Assembly: GCA_963674735.2 (NCBI GenBank)
Contig: CAXXQS010000001.1
Span: 576,001-640,000, forward strand
DNA length: 64,000 bases
DNA from: Myxococcota bacterium
GTDB taxonomy: Bacteria; Myxococcota_A; SURF-8
Direction: 5' to 3'
Shown: piece by piece, positions 18,217 through 27,120 of the stretch
How positions within the stretch are numbered: position 1 is the first letter of the stretch
Layout: each line of letters begins with the position of its first letter
The notes under the pieces: model-generated
Told to the model about the DNA's origin: nothing
What the model saw: only the letters and a program-made list of their open reading frames with translations
The model's database searches: none
Made by a program: the position numbers and the translations under genes

Positions 18217-20085
18217 ATGCCTTTGAATTCCCACCCCTATGCAGACCTGTTCCCCCTACTCGAAGGAGAAGACCTCGAACGTCTGGCCGAGGACATCCGG
18301 GAACACGGGCTTCACCATCCCATCGTCAGGTTTCAAGGTAAAATCCTCGATGGCCGGAACCGACTCCGGGCCTGTGAACTTGCAGGTGTAGAACCTCGAT
18401 TCGATGAATTCAACGGCACGGACGACGAGGCACTGGCACTGGTTGTCAGCCTGAATCTTACCCGACGGCACCTGAACACCACCCAACGGGCAGCATTGGC
18501 AGCCGAGCTAGTTCCATTCGAGGAACAAGAGGCTGCCAAACGTCGACGAACTGCACCTTCTAAAGATAAGCAAAATTTTGCTTGTCTTGGCAGAGCAACG
18601 GATGTTGCAGGAACGAGAGTCGGTGTTTCATCTGAAACAGTCCGGCAAGCAGCCAAAATCAAGGACAAAGCCCCTGAAGTTTTCTCGGCCATGACCAATG
18701 GTACAATCCGTTCCATGCCGGAGGCAATTTTGCTGGCTAAACTTCCAGAGGGGCAAAGAGAAGACGTTCTTCAACTGGTCACAGAACAGAAAATACGGGT
18801 AAACAAGGCTCTCCTTCAGTATAGAAAACAGACTTCAGCAGATGCCCAAAGAATAAGGAAAAACGCCCCGACTAGAGTTGAACACCCGGCCTACAAGCTC
18901 ATTTACGGTCAGCATGTAATGGATTCCCTCAAGGAACTGCCAGACCAATCCGTTCATGTCGTCTGCACATCGCCGCCTTACTGGGGACTCCGGGATTTTG
19001 GAACATCTCCAGTCGAATTTGGTGGTTCACCAGACTGTCAGCACGACTGGCAGCCTTTACAGACCAATAAGGATTCAGCCCCACTTGATGCCCGTAGATT
19101 GGAAGGTAATGCCACCTGTTCCAAATGTGGGGCTTGGAGTGGGCATTTAGGACAAGAGTACAGCCATGAACTTTACGTTTCCCACCTCGTAGATATTTTC
19201 CGTGAAATCCGTCGTGTCCTTCGTGACGATGGCACCGTATGGTTGAACATCGGGGACTGTTATTCGACGACCATTGCCAGAAGCCGGGATCAAAAAGGCA
19301 CAACTGCCCCCCAAATCAAGCAAAACGACCTGATGGGTATGCCTTGGATGGTTGCCTTGGCACTTAAAGATGACGGTTGGTATCTCCGTTCTGATATTGT
19401 TTGGCATAAGGAAAATGCCCAGCCAGAGTCAAAGCTAGGACGACCCACACAAGCCCACGAATATGTGTTCCTGCTCAGTAAAGCTCCCAGCAGCTACTAT
19501 TATGACCAGTATTCTGTACTTGAACCGTGGGCTGATGCCGACAAAACCAAGAAAACCAAATCCGATAACGGCAAGGCTGCCTTGGTAGGACGTTTCAGGA
19601 GGTCGGTATGGAAAATCAATACTTGTCCACGTTCAGGAGGACATCAGGCTGTATGGCCGCCGGAACTCGTAGAATTGATGATACTGGCCGGTACGTCGGA
19701 TTATGGAGTCTGCCCCTCCTGTGGGGCGCCCTGGACCCGTGTAGTGGAACGTCCTGCCAAACCATCGACTCCAGACAAGGATAACTTATATTCTGAAGAA
19801 GCCGTTCATCGGCAGGGGATTAAGAACTCTGGGGTATCCAGCAAGGAGCTCGACAAATTTTGGAAAGCAAATCCGCCGATGATGAAGGGGTGGACTCCGG
19901 GCTGCGATTGCAAGAAAAATGATGCTTCCGGCAGATCGGTCGTTCTCGACCCATTCTCCGGTTCCGGCACCACCGGCATGGTGGCATTGCAGCTCGGTCG
20001 AAATTATATCGGCCTCGATTTGAATTCTGATTATCTGGAGTTGGCTGAGAAACGGGTTGGGGGCTGGCACAAAGGGAACCGGTGA
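18217..20085 (+). CDS. ParB/Srx-N domain fused to an N4/N6 DNA methyltransferase with Cys-rich inserts
   Basis: HPYADLFP...ILDGRNRLRAC; TSPPYWGLRD; DPFSGSGTT; CxHxW, CSKC, CPSC, CDC. Confidence 0.88.
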   Translation: MPLNSHPYADLFPLLEGEDLERLAEDIREHGLHHPIVRFQGKILDGRNRLRACELAGVEPRFDEFNGTDDEALALVVSLNLTRRHLNTTQRAALAAELVPFEEQEAAKRRRTAPSKDKQNFACLGRATDVAGTRVGVSSETVRQAAKIKDKAPEVFSAMTNGTIRSMPEAILLAKLPEGQREDVLQLVTEQKIRVNKALLQYRKQTSADAQRIRKNAPTRVEHPAYKLIYGQHVMDSLKELPDQSVHVVCTSPPYWGLRDFGTSPVEFGGSPDCQHDWQPLQTNKDSAPLDARRLEGNATCSKCGAWSGHLGQEYSHELYVSHLVDIFREIRRVLRDDGTVWLNIGDCYSTTIARSRDQKGTTAPQIKQNDLMGMPWMVALALKDDGWYLRSDIVWHKENAQPESKLGRPTQAHEYVFLLSKAPSSYYYDQYSVLEPWADADKTKKTKSDNGKAALVGRFRRSVWKINTCPRSGGHQAVWPPELVELMILAGTSDYGVCPSCGAPWTRVVERPAKPSTPDKDNLYSEEAVHRQGIKNSGVSSKELDKFWKANPPMMKGWTPGCDCKKNDASGRSVVLDPFSGSGTTGMVALQLGRNYIGLDLNSDYLELAEKRVGGWHKGNR

Positions 20086-20086
20086 C

Positions 20087-21028
20087 CTACAGGCTTTCTA
20101 GTCGTTTCCGAGCCTCTTTCAAATACGATTCATTCAAATCAATCCCAATGAAATTCCGATGCTGTTTCATAGCAGCCTCACCAACGGCAGCCGTTCCGGC
20201 AAACGGGTCGAGAATCGTCCCACCTTTGGGACAACCCATCAAGACCATTGCCTCGGCAAGATTGACCGGCATGACGGCATGATGTTTACCCCGGCTCCTG
20301 CCACAATTGAAGGTCCAGACATCCCGACTCAGTTCGGTGGGGAAACCTGCCAGTGCCGCGGCATACCGGTCAAACTGGTATGTCCGTGACCGGCTCAGCA
20401 GAAAAATCGTTTCGTGCCCGACCAGCAACCGGTCCGATGCCCTGCTGGGCATACTATCGGGTCGGTGCCAAATCATTTCATTACGAATAATCCAACCGTC
20501 AGCCTGTAGGGCAAATGCCACCCTCCAGGGGATTCCAGCAAGGCTCTTGAACCTCAATCCAACGTCGGTTGGCGTCGGACGTTTGTGAGTGGCTGTAGAT
20601 TCTTCATAGCTCTTGTTTTTCGAGATTCGTTGTCCCTGAATGCCGGTCGTGATTTTCGATGGGTCGCCCGTTTCATTGCTCATGTAGGTGTCCCCGATAT
20701 TCAGCCAGACCACCCCATCCGTTCGTAAAACCCGTTTGACTGATCGGAACACTTCGGCCACGTGACGGGCAAACTGGTCAGGGTCGGGCTCCAGTCCCAG
20801 TTCCCCGGCCCAGCCATCCTTCCATGACTGGGGTTCGGTTCCATACTGCCTCTGAAGCCAATAGGGTGGTGAGGTGATGACGCAGTTCACCCTCGTCTTG
20901 CCAAGACCATCGAGAGTAGAACGGGAATCCTGACCATAGAACAGGTCTGCTTGGGTGCCGTTCCTCGAATGCATGGTGACTTTTTGCATTTTTACCCCTA
21001 ATTGTTGCCTACGGTCATTTTTCTTCAA
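20087..21028 (-). CDS. Orphan N4/N6 DNA methyltransferase (beta class)
   Basis: TSPPYW, WLNIGD, DPFAGT, FIGIDLN. Confidence 0.88.
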   Translation of the reverse strand: MKKNDRRQQLGVKMQKVTMHSRNGTQADLFYGQDSRSTLDGLGKTRVNCVITSPPYWLQRQYGTEPQSWKDGWAGELGLEPDPDQFARHVAEVFRSVKRVLRTDGVVWLNIGDTYMSNETGDPSKITTGIQGQRISKNKSYEESTATHKRPTPTDVGLRFKSLAGIPWRVAFALQADGWIIRNEMIWHRPDSMPSRASDRLLVGHETIFLLSRSRTYQFDRYAAALAGFPTELSRDVWTFNCGRSRGKHHAVMPVNLAEAMVLMGCPKGGTILDPFAGTAAVGEAAMKQHRNFIGIDLNESYLKEARKRLESL

Positions 21029-21177
21029 AAAAAATTCACCCCCATATTACCACGTTTTCGGACCGAAGAAAACACATCCAAGTGGTCGATTATTCTCTTC
21101 TTTTCATTCTCTATTCGTTTTCAGTCATCCAGCTTCGGGGAGGGAAAAATTAATCATATCAGGCGCATACAAAAAAT

Positions 21178-21211
21178 TTCTGGCTTAGAAGCTCCAAGTT
21201 CTCAGTTGTTG
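21178..21211 (+). promoter_or_regulatory. Bipartite motif, copy 2
   Basis: TTCTGGCTTAG AAGCTCCAAG TTCTCAGTTGTTG, 70 nt before ATG 21282. Confidence 0.8.
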
Positions 21212-21281
21212 AAGTGTCGGACGAACAAAACGTTTCGTTCCAAAACATAAAGGACCTGCGGGTCAGAAAGAAGAAATTGTT

Positions 21282-22163
21282 ATGACCAAGAAGAACAAAA
21301 AGAACCAGAAGCCGAAAAACACGAACACCACCAACGAAAGGAACGAGAGGATGAAGACGAACTACACTTCCAAGACTAGTCGTCCCACATCTGCTGGTAT
21401 GGGGAAAAATCCGTACAAAGAATGGTTAGCTGATCCTCATATGCACGATGGCTACGAGGATTGGCTTGAAGACTGTTATGGCGGTGATGTAGGGGCGGTC
21501 TGGCTTGATTCCGGTATCGAATCGGTTGAACGTGTCCTGACCGATAGTGTTGCAAGAATCACAAAGTTACCAAAGGTCTTAAGGAGAAAATCGCAAAAAG
21601 CTATGAGTAAGACACTATCTAGCAGTCTGTTAAAAGGAACCTGGTTGGATGCTACCGATAATGATGTGTTTATTATCGTTGGTATAGGTGCATTAATTGT
21701 TTTGTCGGCACTCCCAGAGGTAGAACAGAGGTATGCAATATACGTCCAACGAGCCATGATTGCATATGCAATAGCAGTCATAGAAGCTACGGTAGAAGTT
21801 CGGCGTATTGAACAAGAAAAACCAGGTTACGAACAATGGCTGAAAAACGAATATGGCAGCCAGGTAAGTTCCGTTACGGCAAAGCATCAAGTGTTTGGCA
21901 ATTGTGGCCCCGAGGACATTTTTGGATTGATAAGTGAAACGTTAGATAAACATCCAGAATTTGAAAATTTATCATCGGTAGGTTGGTGGGATGTACCGGA
22001 CCACTTATTGGCAAAATTGCTGTCTGATATGCTGCCGAACGGCTTGTTAATAGGGAAACTGTATCCAGACAGCTTGCTTTTCAAGCACGTTAGCAGAGCT
22101 TGGTATGACCACATATTCAAAATCAGGGATGATCCCGCCTTCATGGAAACATGGATTCCATAG
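21282..22163 (+). CDS. Hypothetical protein with repeated YxxWLxxxYG motif
   Basis: YKEWL, YEDWLEDCYGGD and YEQWLKNEYG repeats; K/N/T-rich leader. Confidence 0.7.
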   Translation: MTKKNKKNQKPKNTNTTNERNERMKTNYTSKTSRPTSAGMGKNPYKEWLADPHMHDGYEDWLEDCYGGDVGAVWLDSGIESVERVLTDSVARITKLPKVLRRKSQKAMSKTLSSSLLKGTWLDATDNDVFIIVGIGALIVLSALPEVEQRYAIYVQRAMIAYAIAVIEATVEVRRIEQEKPGYEQWLKNEYGSQVSSVTAKHQVFGNCGPEDIFGLISETLDKHPEFENLSSVGWWDVPDHLLAKLLSDMLPNGLLIGKLYPDSLLFKHVSRAWYDHIFKIRDDPAFMETWIP

Positions 22164-22244
22164 GTTGTTAACCCGGCAAACGGTACCGACCAGTTGAATG
22201 GTCAACTGGTCGTTACATAAAACCCCCGGTAAAGGAGAAATCAG

Positions 22245-22820
22245 ATGACTAAGCAGACAAAGAATCAGAAGACGAACAACACCAACGGAAAAGTAGAATC
22301 AACCATGCAGAAGAAGAGCAAAAACCAGAAGCCCGAAACCCAGAACAATCTAACCGAGGACAATGAAATCCACAGTGTCCACGAACCGGATGTCGGAGAA
22401 GAAAGAAAAGAAATGACGTATGATGAGTGGCTGGACAATGAATATGGTGGGGATAACCAAGGGGTCTGGTTTGACTATGCTTACCGCTGGTATGACGACG
22501 TGGAAGAAATGATAGCACCCTATGTTGAAGATGATGATGATCTTGAATGGTATGACTACGACGAGCTTTATAACTTGGTCTTGGTCCATCTAACAGGAGA
22601 TGCACAGACCGGAACCGACACTGTTGGTGAAACGGTTTTCGATCATATCGAAAGGGCATTGACGGAGTACATTGAAGAAGCCCAAGCCGAAGCACGGCAG
22701 GAAGCCGAGTATGCACGGCAGGAAGCCCGGATTGAAGCCAGAGTTGAAAAACTGGTGGCAGAACGGTTGGAGGCTGCCGTAGCTAAAAGGTTGGCAGAAA
22801 TGACAGCCGAAAACCAATGA
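22245..22820 (+). CDS. Acidic hypothetical protein, partial paralog of the upstream gene, with C-terminal coiled coil
   Basis: AAGGAG RBS; YDEWLDNEYGGDNQGVWFD; similar leader peptide. Confidence 0.75.
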   Translation: MTKQTKNQKTNNTNGKVESTMQKKSKNQKPETQNNLTEDNEIHSVHEPDVGEERKEMTYDEWLDNEYGGDNQGVWFDYAYRWYDDVEEMIAPYVEDDDDLEWYDYDELYNLVLVHLTGDAQTGTDTVGETVFDHIERALTEYIEEAQAEARQEAEYARQEARIEARVEKLVAERLEAAVAKRLAEMTAENQ

Positions 22821-22842
22821 AATCCCTTACAAGGAAAGATCA

Positions 22843-22884
22843 CCATCCGTCAGCCTGTCAAAAGGCTGTCGGGGGTTTTCTTTT
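22843..22884 (+). terminator. Intrinsic terminator-like hairpin
   Basis: CCGTCAGCCT-GTCAAA-AGGCTGTCGG followed by GGGTTTTCTTTT. Confidence 0.6.
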
Positions 22885-22983
22885 ATAGCATCCTGATTAC
22901 TGGGCAGGCTGCCTGATATCATAATCGAACATCATCCAGGTATGCCGTCGTTCATTCATATGGACTACTGCTTTTTTTGGGAT

Positions 22984-25311
22984 TCATTTGTTGGTAGTTA
23001 CTCCCACCACCCAACCACCGTTCCGATTCCACTTCCAACGTTTCAATATCTTGACGGCATCGGCTAATCCAACCTGCCTGGGTTTCCCCGTCTTTAGCAG
23101 GCAGGCTTTCACAAGGCCACTGAACGGCATTGCAACCTTCATTGAGGGTCTGTCTACCAATACCCGGGAAACGGCCTCCAGGCGGCCAATAGGGATGTCT
23201 GGCGATAGGGTCTTGACTGTCACTGCCTGCCGGTTCCCGTTGGCAACCAGCTTCACCGACCATTTCCGAGCATCATCACGAAAACGTCGGGCTGACAGGA
23301 TAACGAAATCTGCCTCCGGGGGTGCTGACCTGACTTTTCGAGGTTCTATCTCTCCCTTGGTTTTCACTGTTGGTTGCCGGAATGTCAGCACCATTCCCTT
23401 CGGATGGTGCTTGGTTCCGAGCTTATACAGGCTGGGGAAATTAACCTCGTCCCACACCCAGCTATCACCCGGATGAACAAGGAATCGTGCCTGTCCCTTC
23501 CAGGAGGCAAGCCTGGCAAGCTGGGCAATGGCATGGGGCATTCTGTTAGAGGGAACCTTATCGGCCAGTTCCCTTAAATCCACCGTGCATTCCCGGTAAT
23601 GGCCATCATTGGGGAGTCGTCGGCCTGCTGTCAGCAGGTTCCAGTCCTCAACTGTTGGCCGGAAAAGCACGGGTTCAGACGCGGGGATGTGATGTCCCAC
23701 ACCACCCACGTCTTTTTTACTGAGAGTAACCCCAGAATCGGAGCCGTCCCGTGAGACAGAACCCCTCCCGTTTGAGGTCATACCGGACAGTTCTTGGCCT
23801 GCTGGTTGGCCGGTAGAGTTGGTGCTCGTCGGAGTCTTACTAGTAGACGAATAGGCAGGTACAGAAGAATCCCCATAGGGAGAGGAACCTTCCATTCCTA
23901 ATCCATTTACCTTGTCAGATAGTATAGTCAGGTTATCCATACTATCCGTTTCCCTACCTGGAACATTAGTCAGGGAAATACTCCGATTCTTATTATGGGA
24001 TACCAAAGGTCTGTCACCTTCCTTATGGCATCCTCCTTCTGTCCGTCCTTCCCTATAGGGATTGACATACAGTAAATCACTCGAAACCCCAGCAGGTGGG
24101 TTCGGGTCGATTACTTTATTCAAGATGGTCTTCAGGAATCTCTTCGAGACCATCTTGTACTTATTCTTTCTTCGTATTTCATTCAGGCTCGGCTCTGGGG
24201 ACAATGCCTTAATCAACCTGGCCGTCTTATCGTCACTCAGCCCTATATGGCCGATTCCGACCTCAAAGGTCTTAATCAGAGGTACAGGCTCAATGGCCAC
24301 GTTGTAAATCCTGGAGGCTTTCCCTTCAGTTCCGAGGGGTCGGACATTCTTGAACCCAAGGTCTTGGGTTATTTTATAGAAAGCCCCGTAGGCTTGGTTG
24401 GCTCCAGATTCGGAGTTGGTGACCAGAACAATGTCATCCCCATAGGATGCTGTGGGAATCCCTTTGGACTTCAGCTTCTTGACAATATGGGACATGACGA
24501 TGTTAAAGACCATCGGGCTGGCTGGGTGTCCCTGTTCGATTCCATATTTCCTCGGCCTGTAAGGTTTGCCATCGGGTTTGATGGTTCGTATTCGAACCAG
24601 TTCAATCAGCCGTCTTCTTTCCGTATGGTTGATTCCAAGCTCCCGTAGTGCAGCCTGAATGGCCTGATGGGGAAGATTGCCGTAGGCGTCTTTCAGGTCG
24701 ATGAACGTCACCCAGGAGCCGTACTGGCTGATTAAGCCCTGTACAGTATCTGCAAATACGTCCTGAATGGTGATGCCATCCTGACGGTCTTTGTATTTTA
24801 GGAACTCGTGTACGAATCGAAATCCGATAACGGTCGGTTCCAGGTAATCGGCAGCTTTCACGACCTGAGTCAGATGCCAGAGGGTTAGAATCCCGTAGAG
24901 CCGTTTGGCTTCGCTCGGTACGTCAATGGGCCGGGGTTCCTTACCAGGAATCTTTGATGGAACCAGATGACGTTTGGAGACCATCCATTCAAGCCAGGTG
25001 GATTCCGTATTCAGAACTTTCTCCAGCCGGTTGAACAGTTTCATGTCATTCGAGGATGCAGCCTCGTAGACCATCCGTTTGGTGAATCTGTTGTGGTCGA
25101 GTGTGTCCGGGCTCCCCTGGTGGTGGTGAGAACCTGATGGAGTCAAAGCATCCCCAGAGGTTTCATCAAAGCCGATGGCTTTAAGCTGTTCGGCTGTCAC
25201 CCGATGGAAAATCAGCCCTGAATCTTTAGAAGTTTGCCCTGTAGGCGAAACGTTGGCCATCATCTGGTCAAATTCACGGATGAGGTTCTCTACGTGCTTG
25301 GCTTGCTTCAT
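22984..25311 (-). CDS. Reverse transcriptase, group-II-like core (YGDD) with long C-terminal extension, 775 aa
   Basis: PSKIPGKEPRPIDVP (RT1/2), VIGFR (2a), FIDLKDAYGNLPH (RT3), GIEQGHPASPMVFN (RT4), SYGDDIVLV (RT5; YGDD at 24433-24444). Confidence 0.88.
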   Translation of the reverse strand: MKQAKHVENLIREFDQMMANVSPTGQTSKDSGLIFHRVTAEQLKAIGFDETSGDALTPSGSHHHQGSPDTLDHNRFTKRMVYEAASSNDMKLFNRLEKVLNTESTWLEWMVSKRHLVPSKIPGKEPRPIDVPSEAKRLYGILTLWHLTQVVKAADYLEPTVIGFRFVHEFLKYKDRQDGITIQDVFADTVQGLISQYGSWVTFIDLKDAYGNLPHQAIQAALRELGINHTERRRLIELVRIRTIKPDGKPYRPRKYGIEQGHPASPMVFNIVMSHIVKKLKSKGIPTASYGDDIVLVTNSESGANQAYGAFYKITQDLGFKNVRPLGTEGKASRIYNVAIEPVPLIKTFEVGIGHIGLSDDKTARLIKALSPEPSLNEIRRKNKYKMVSKRFLKTILNKVIDPNPPAGVSSDLLYVNPYREGRTEGGCHKEGDRPLVSHNKNRSISLTNVPGRETDSMDNLTILSDKVNGLGMEGSSPYGDSSVPAYSSTSKTPTSTNSTGQPAGQELSGMTSNGRGSVSRDGSDSGVTLSKKDVGGVGHHIPASEPVLFRPTVEDWNLLTAGRRLPNDGHYRECTVDLRELADKVPSNRMPHAIAQLARLASWKGQARFLVHPGDSWVWDEVNFPSLYKLGTKHHPKGMVLTFRQPTVKTKGEIEPRKVRSAPPEADFVILSARRFRDDARKWSVKLVANGNRQAVTVKTLSPDIPIGRLEAVSRVLVDRPSMKVAMPFSGLVKACLLKTGKPRQVGLADAVKILKRWKWNRNGGWVVGVTTNK

Positions 25312-26441
25312 TTTACTCTCCAGAAGGATACGAGCCTGCCTGTGGGTCGAGGGAGGTCGTGTGGTGCCCAGGGTTGTTTCTCATAGTCCACCCAGACGGC
25401 TCTTGAACTTGTGTCAGGCAGAGGCTCCAAGCTCGATTGTAGGCTTGATATGGCGACCTGATAGGGTTCCGGGGCACCAACCAGAGCCACGGTCGTATTC
25501 GGTTTCAGAAACCTGCTTGCTACGTCCAGGATTTCTTCGACATGGGCCGAAGGGTTTCCCCCAACGTACTTGCCTTGGAGGATGGCCCGATGTTTCAGAT
25601 ACGACATGTTGTCATTGCTTGAAAGCATCTTGGCTACCTGCCAGAAATGCAGACTGGGGATTCCGATGACCACCAAGTCCCATCCTTGCTGGGTTAGCCT
25701 CTCCATTTCATACTGCGGAGTGAAGTACGGAACCGGGATGTGGTGGACATGATGATGTGGCAGCAATGCAGACAGAGCCTGGGCATCGGCGGCAAAGCCA
25801 AGGCCGATGCCCAGGACCGAACCTGAAGTCACGTCATAGATGCCAGAATCAAACCCATTAGGCTCACAGAGAACTTGCTGACGGATGAGGGCCAGGCTCT
25901 CCACAGGTGGCCTGATAGGGTCTGAATCGTAAACCCGGCAGGAGTTAGTGGGTGCCCATTTGGCACTTACAACATCCTCGTGGACTGTTGGGTTCAAATG
26001 CCTGATGGATTCCAGGTCATCCCGGTGCAGTCCAGACCAATCGAGCCTCTGGATGCCAGTGTTTGAGTTTTGTCGGGATTGGTAGGCCGTCCCACCGATA
26101 AACAAGTCGGGATAAGCATGGTCAAACGATAATCCTCTGGACAGCTCCATCTGAGCCTGCTCGACAGCCCAGGCTGCTCGTACTCTGTTATTGGGTTCCT
26201 GAGAACCAAACGAACCTGCCAGTTGCTGAGCCCAGGCCACCAGTACATCTGATTGGCCGTATTTTCGGCTGGCCTGCTCAACAACCTCATGTGCCAGTGT
26301 GAACGGCACCAGGTCTCCAATGGCTGGGGCTTCTTCACCCAAACTGGCAACCGTGGGCTGTGGCCGTCGGTGGTATGCCCGGTGCAGGGCATCCACTCTC
26401 TGACGGAATTCTCGTTTCTGGCGGCGGTTCGACGGTTTCAT
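25308..26441 (-). CDS. RT-coupled hypothetical protein with possible degenerate class I MTase fold
   Basis: 4-nt overlaps with both neighbours; VLGIGLGFA, WDLVVIGIP, ILDVASRFLKPNTTVALV. Confidence 0.65.
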   Translation of the reverse strand: MKPSNRRQKREFRQRVDALHRAYHRRPQPTVASLGEEAPAIGDLVPFTLAHEVVEQASRKYGQSDVLVAWAQQLAGSFGSQEPNNRVRAAWAVEQAQMELSRGLSFDHAYPDLFIGGTAYQSRQNSNTGIQRLDWSGLHRDDLESIRHLNPTVHEDVVSAKWAPTNSCRVYDSDPIRPPVESLALIRQQVLCEPNGFDSGIYDVTSGSVLGIGLGFAADAQALSALLPHHHVHHIPVPYFTPQYEMERLTQQGWDLVVIGIPSLHFWQVAKMLSSNDNMSYLKHRAILQGKYVGGNPSAHVEEILDVASRFLKPNTTVALVGAPEPYQVAISSLQSSLEPLPDTSSRAVWVDYEKQPWAPHDLPRPTGRLVSFWRVK

Positions 26442-26653
26442 TTTTCCATCTGCTCCCGATGCTCCACCAAGGCTCTTAAAACAGCATCAGGGTCAAACCG
26501 AACGGCTCGACCCAGCCTTATACAGGGAATGATTTCCTGGGCTGACAGCCGGTAGACCGTCGAACAAGAGACATTGTAGAGCCGGGCAATTTCATCAGCA
26601 GTGAAGAGGGGAGTTGGTCTTTTAATGGTCTTGGTTTCATGAATTTGTTCCAT
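26438..26653 (-). CDS. Excisionase-like HTH (HTH_17) protein, 71 aa
   Basis: AAGGAGGT RBS before ATG 26653; LFTADEIARLYNVSCSTVYRL...IPCIRLGRAVRFD. Confidence 0.88.
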   Translation of the reverse strand: MEQIHETKTIKRPTPLFTADEIARLYNVSCSTVYRLSAQEIIPCIRLGRAVRFDPDAVLRALVEHREQMEK

Positions 26654-27078
26654 CGTCAGTACCTCCTTGTCATGTCCTAGGGTGGCAATAAACAAATTAC
26701 CGGCAGATACATCCTGCAACTGGTGACACCTGCTGACATGAACTTTACCCATTTCACTCCGAATACGTCCGGCGAAACGGGGGATTTGATAAACCGGCAT
26801 TGAAAATAAAACCCCTTTGGGACAGTTTGCTGTTGTCTGGAGATGGCCGGACATGGCTGGGAGTATCCTGAGACGGCTGCTGGCCATCATTTTTTCGAGA
26901 AAGAAGGGTCCTGAAACCTGGGGTATTGATACGGTTTCAGAGTTCAGGCCCCGATACGGCTCACCTGTGAACTTAAATTGTGTTTGAGATAAAAACATGC
27001 CGATTACATTTTCTCCTGGTCTGTTGACGTTTTCAGGACCTGAATTACTACTGTTCAAAACCAAGTGGTTATTCATCA

Positions 27079-27102
27079 GGGTTCAAAAGTGTTTTTGAAC
27101 CC
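27079..27102. repeat. Perfect 10-bp inverted repeat just downstream of the serine recombinase
   Basis: GGGTTCAAAA-GTGT-TTTTGAACCC. Confidence 0.8.
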
Positions 27103-27120
27103 CGTTTTCAGGTATGGTTT

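Noticed and set aside
22820-25311. RT as a group II intron-encoded protein
   Set aside because: No domain V/VI-like sequence after the stop, no recognisable maturase/HNH, and the gene is translationally coupled within an operon
26654-27076. N-terminal 141 aa of the 212-aa ORF 26438-27076
   Set aside because: A strong RBS and the HTH domain start at 26653; the upstream part looks non-coding and is rich in inverted repeats
21282-27120. RT as a DGR or retron
   Set aside because: RT4 reads QGHPASP rather than the DGR SQ type; no TR/VR pair with A-specific mismatches seen; no retron NAxxH or VTG motifs seen
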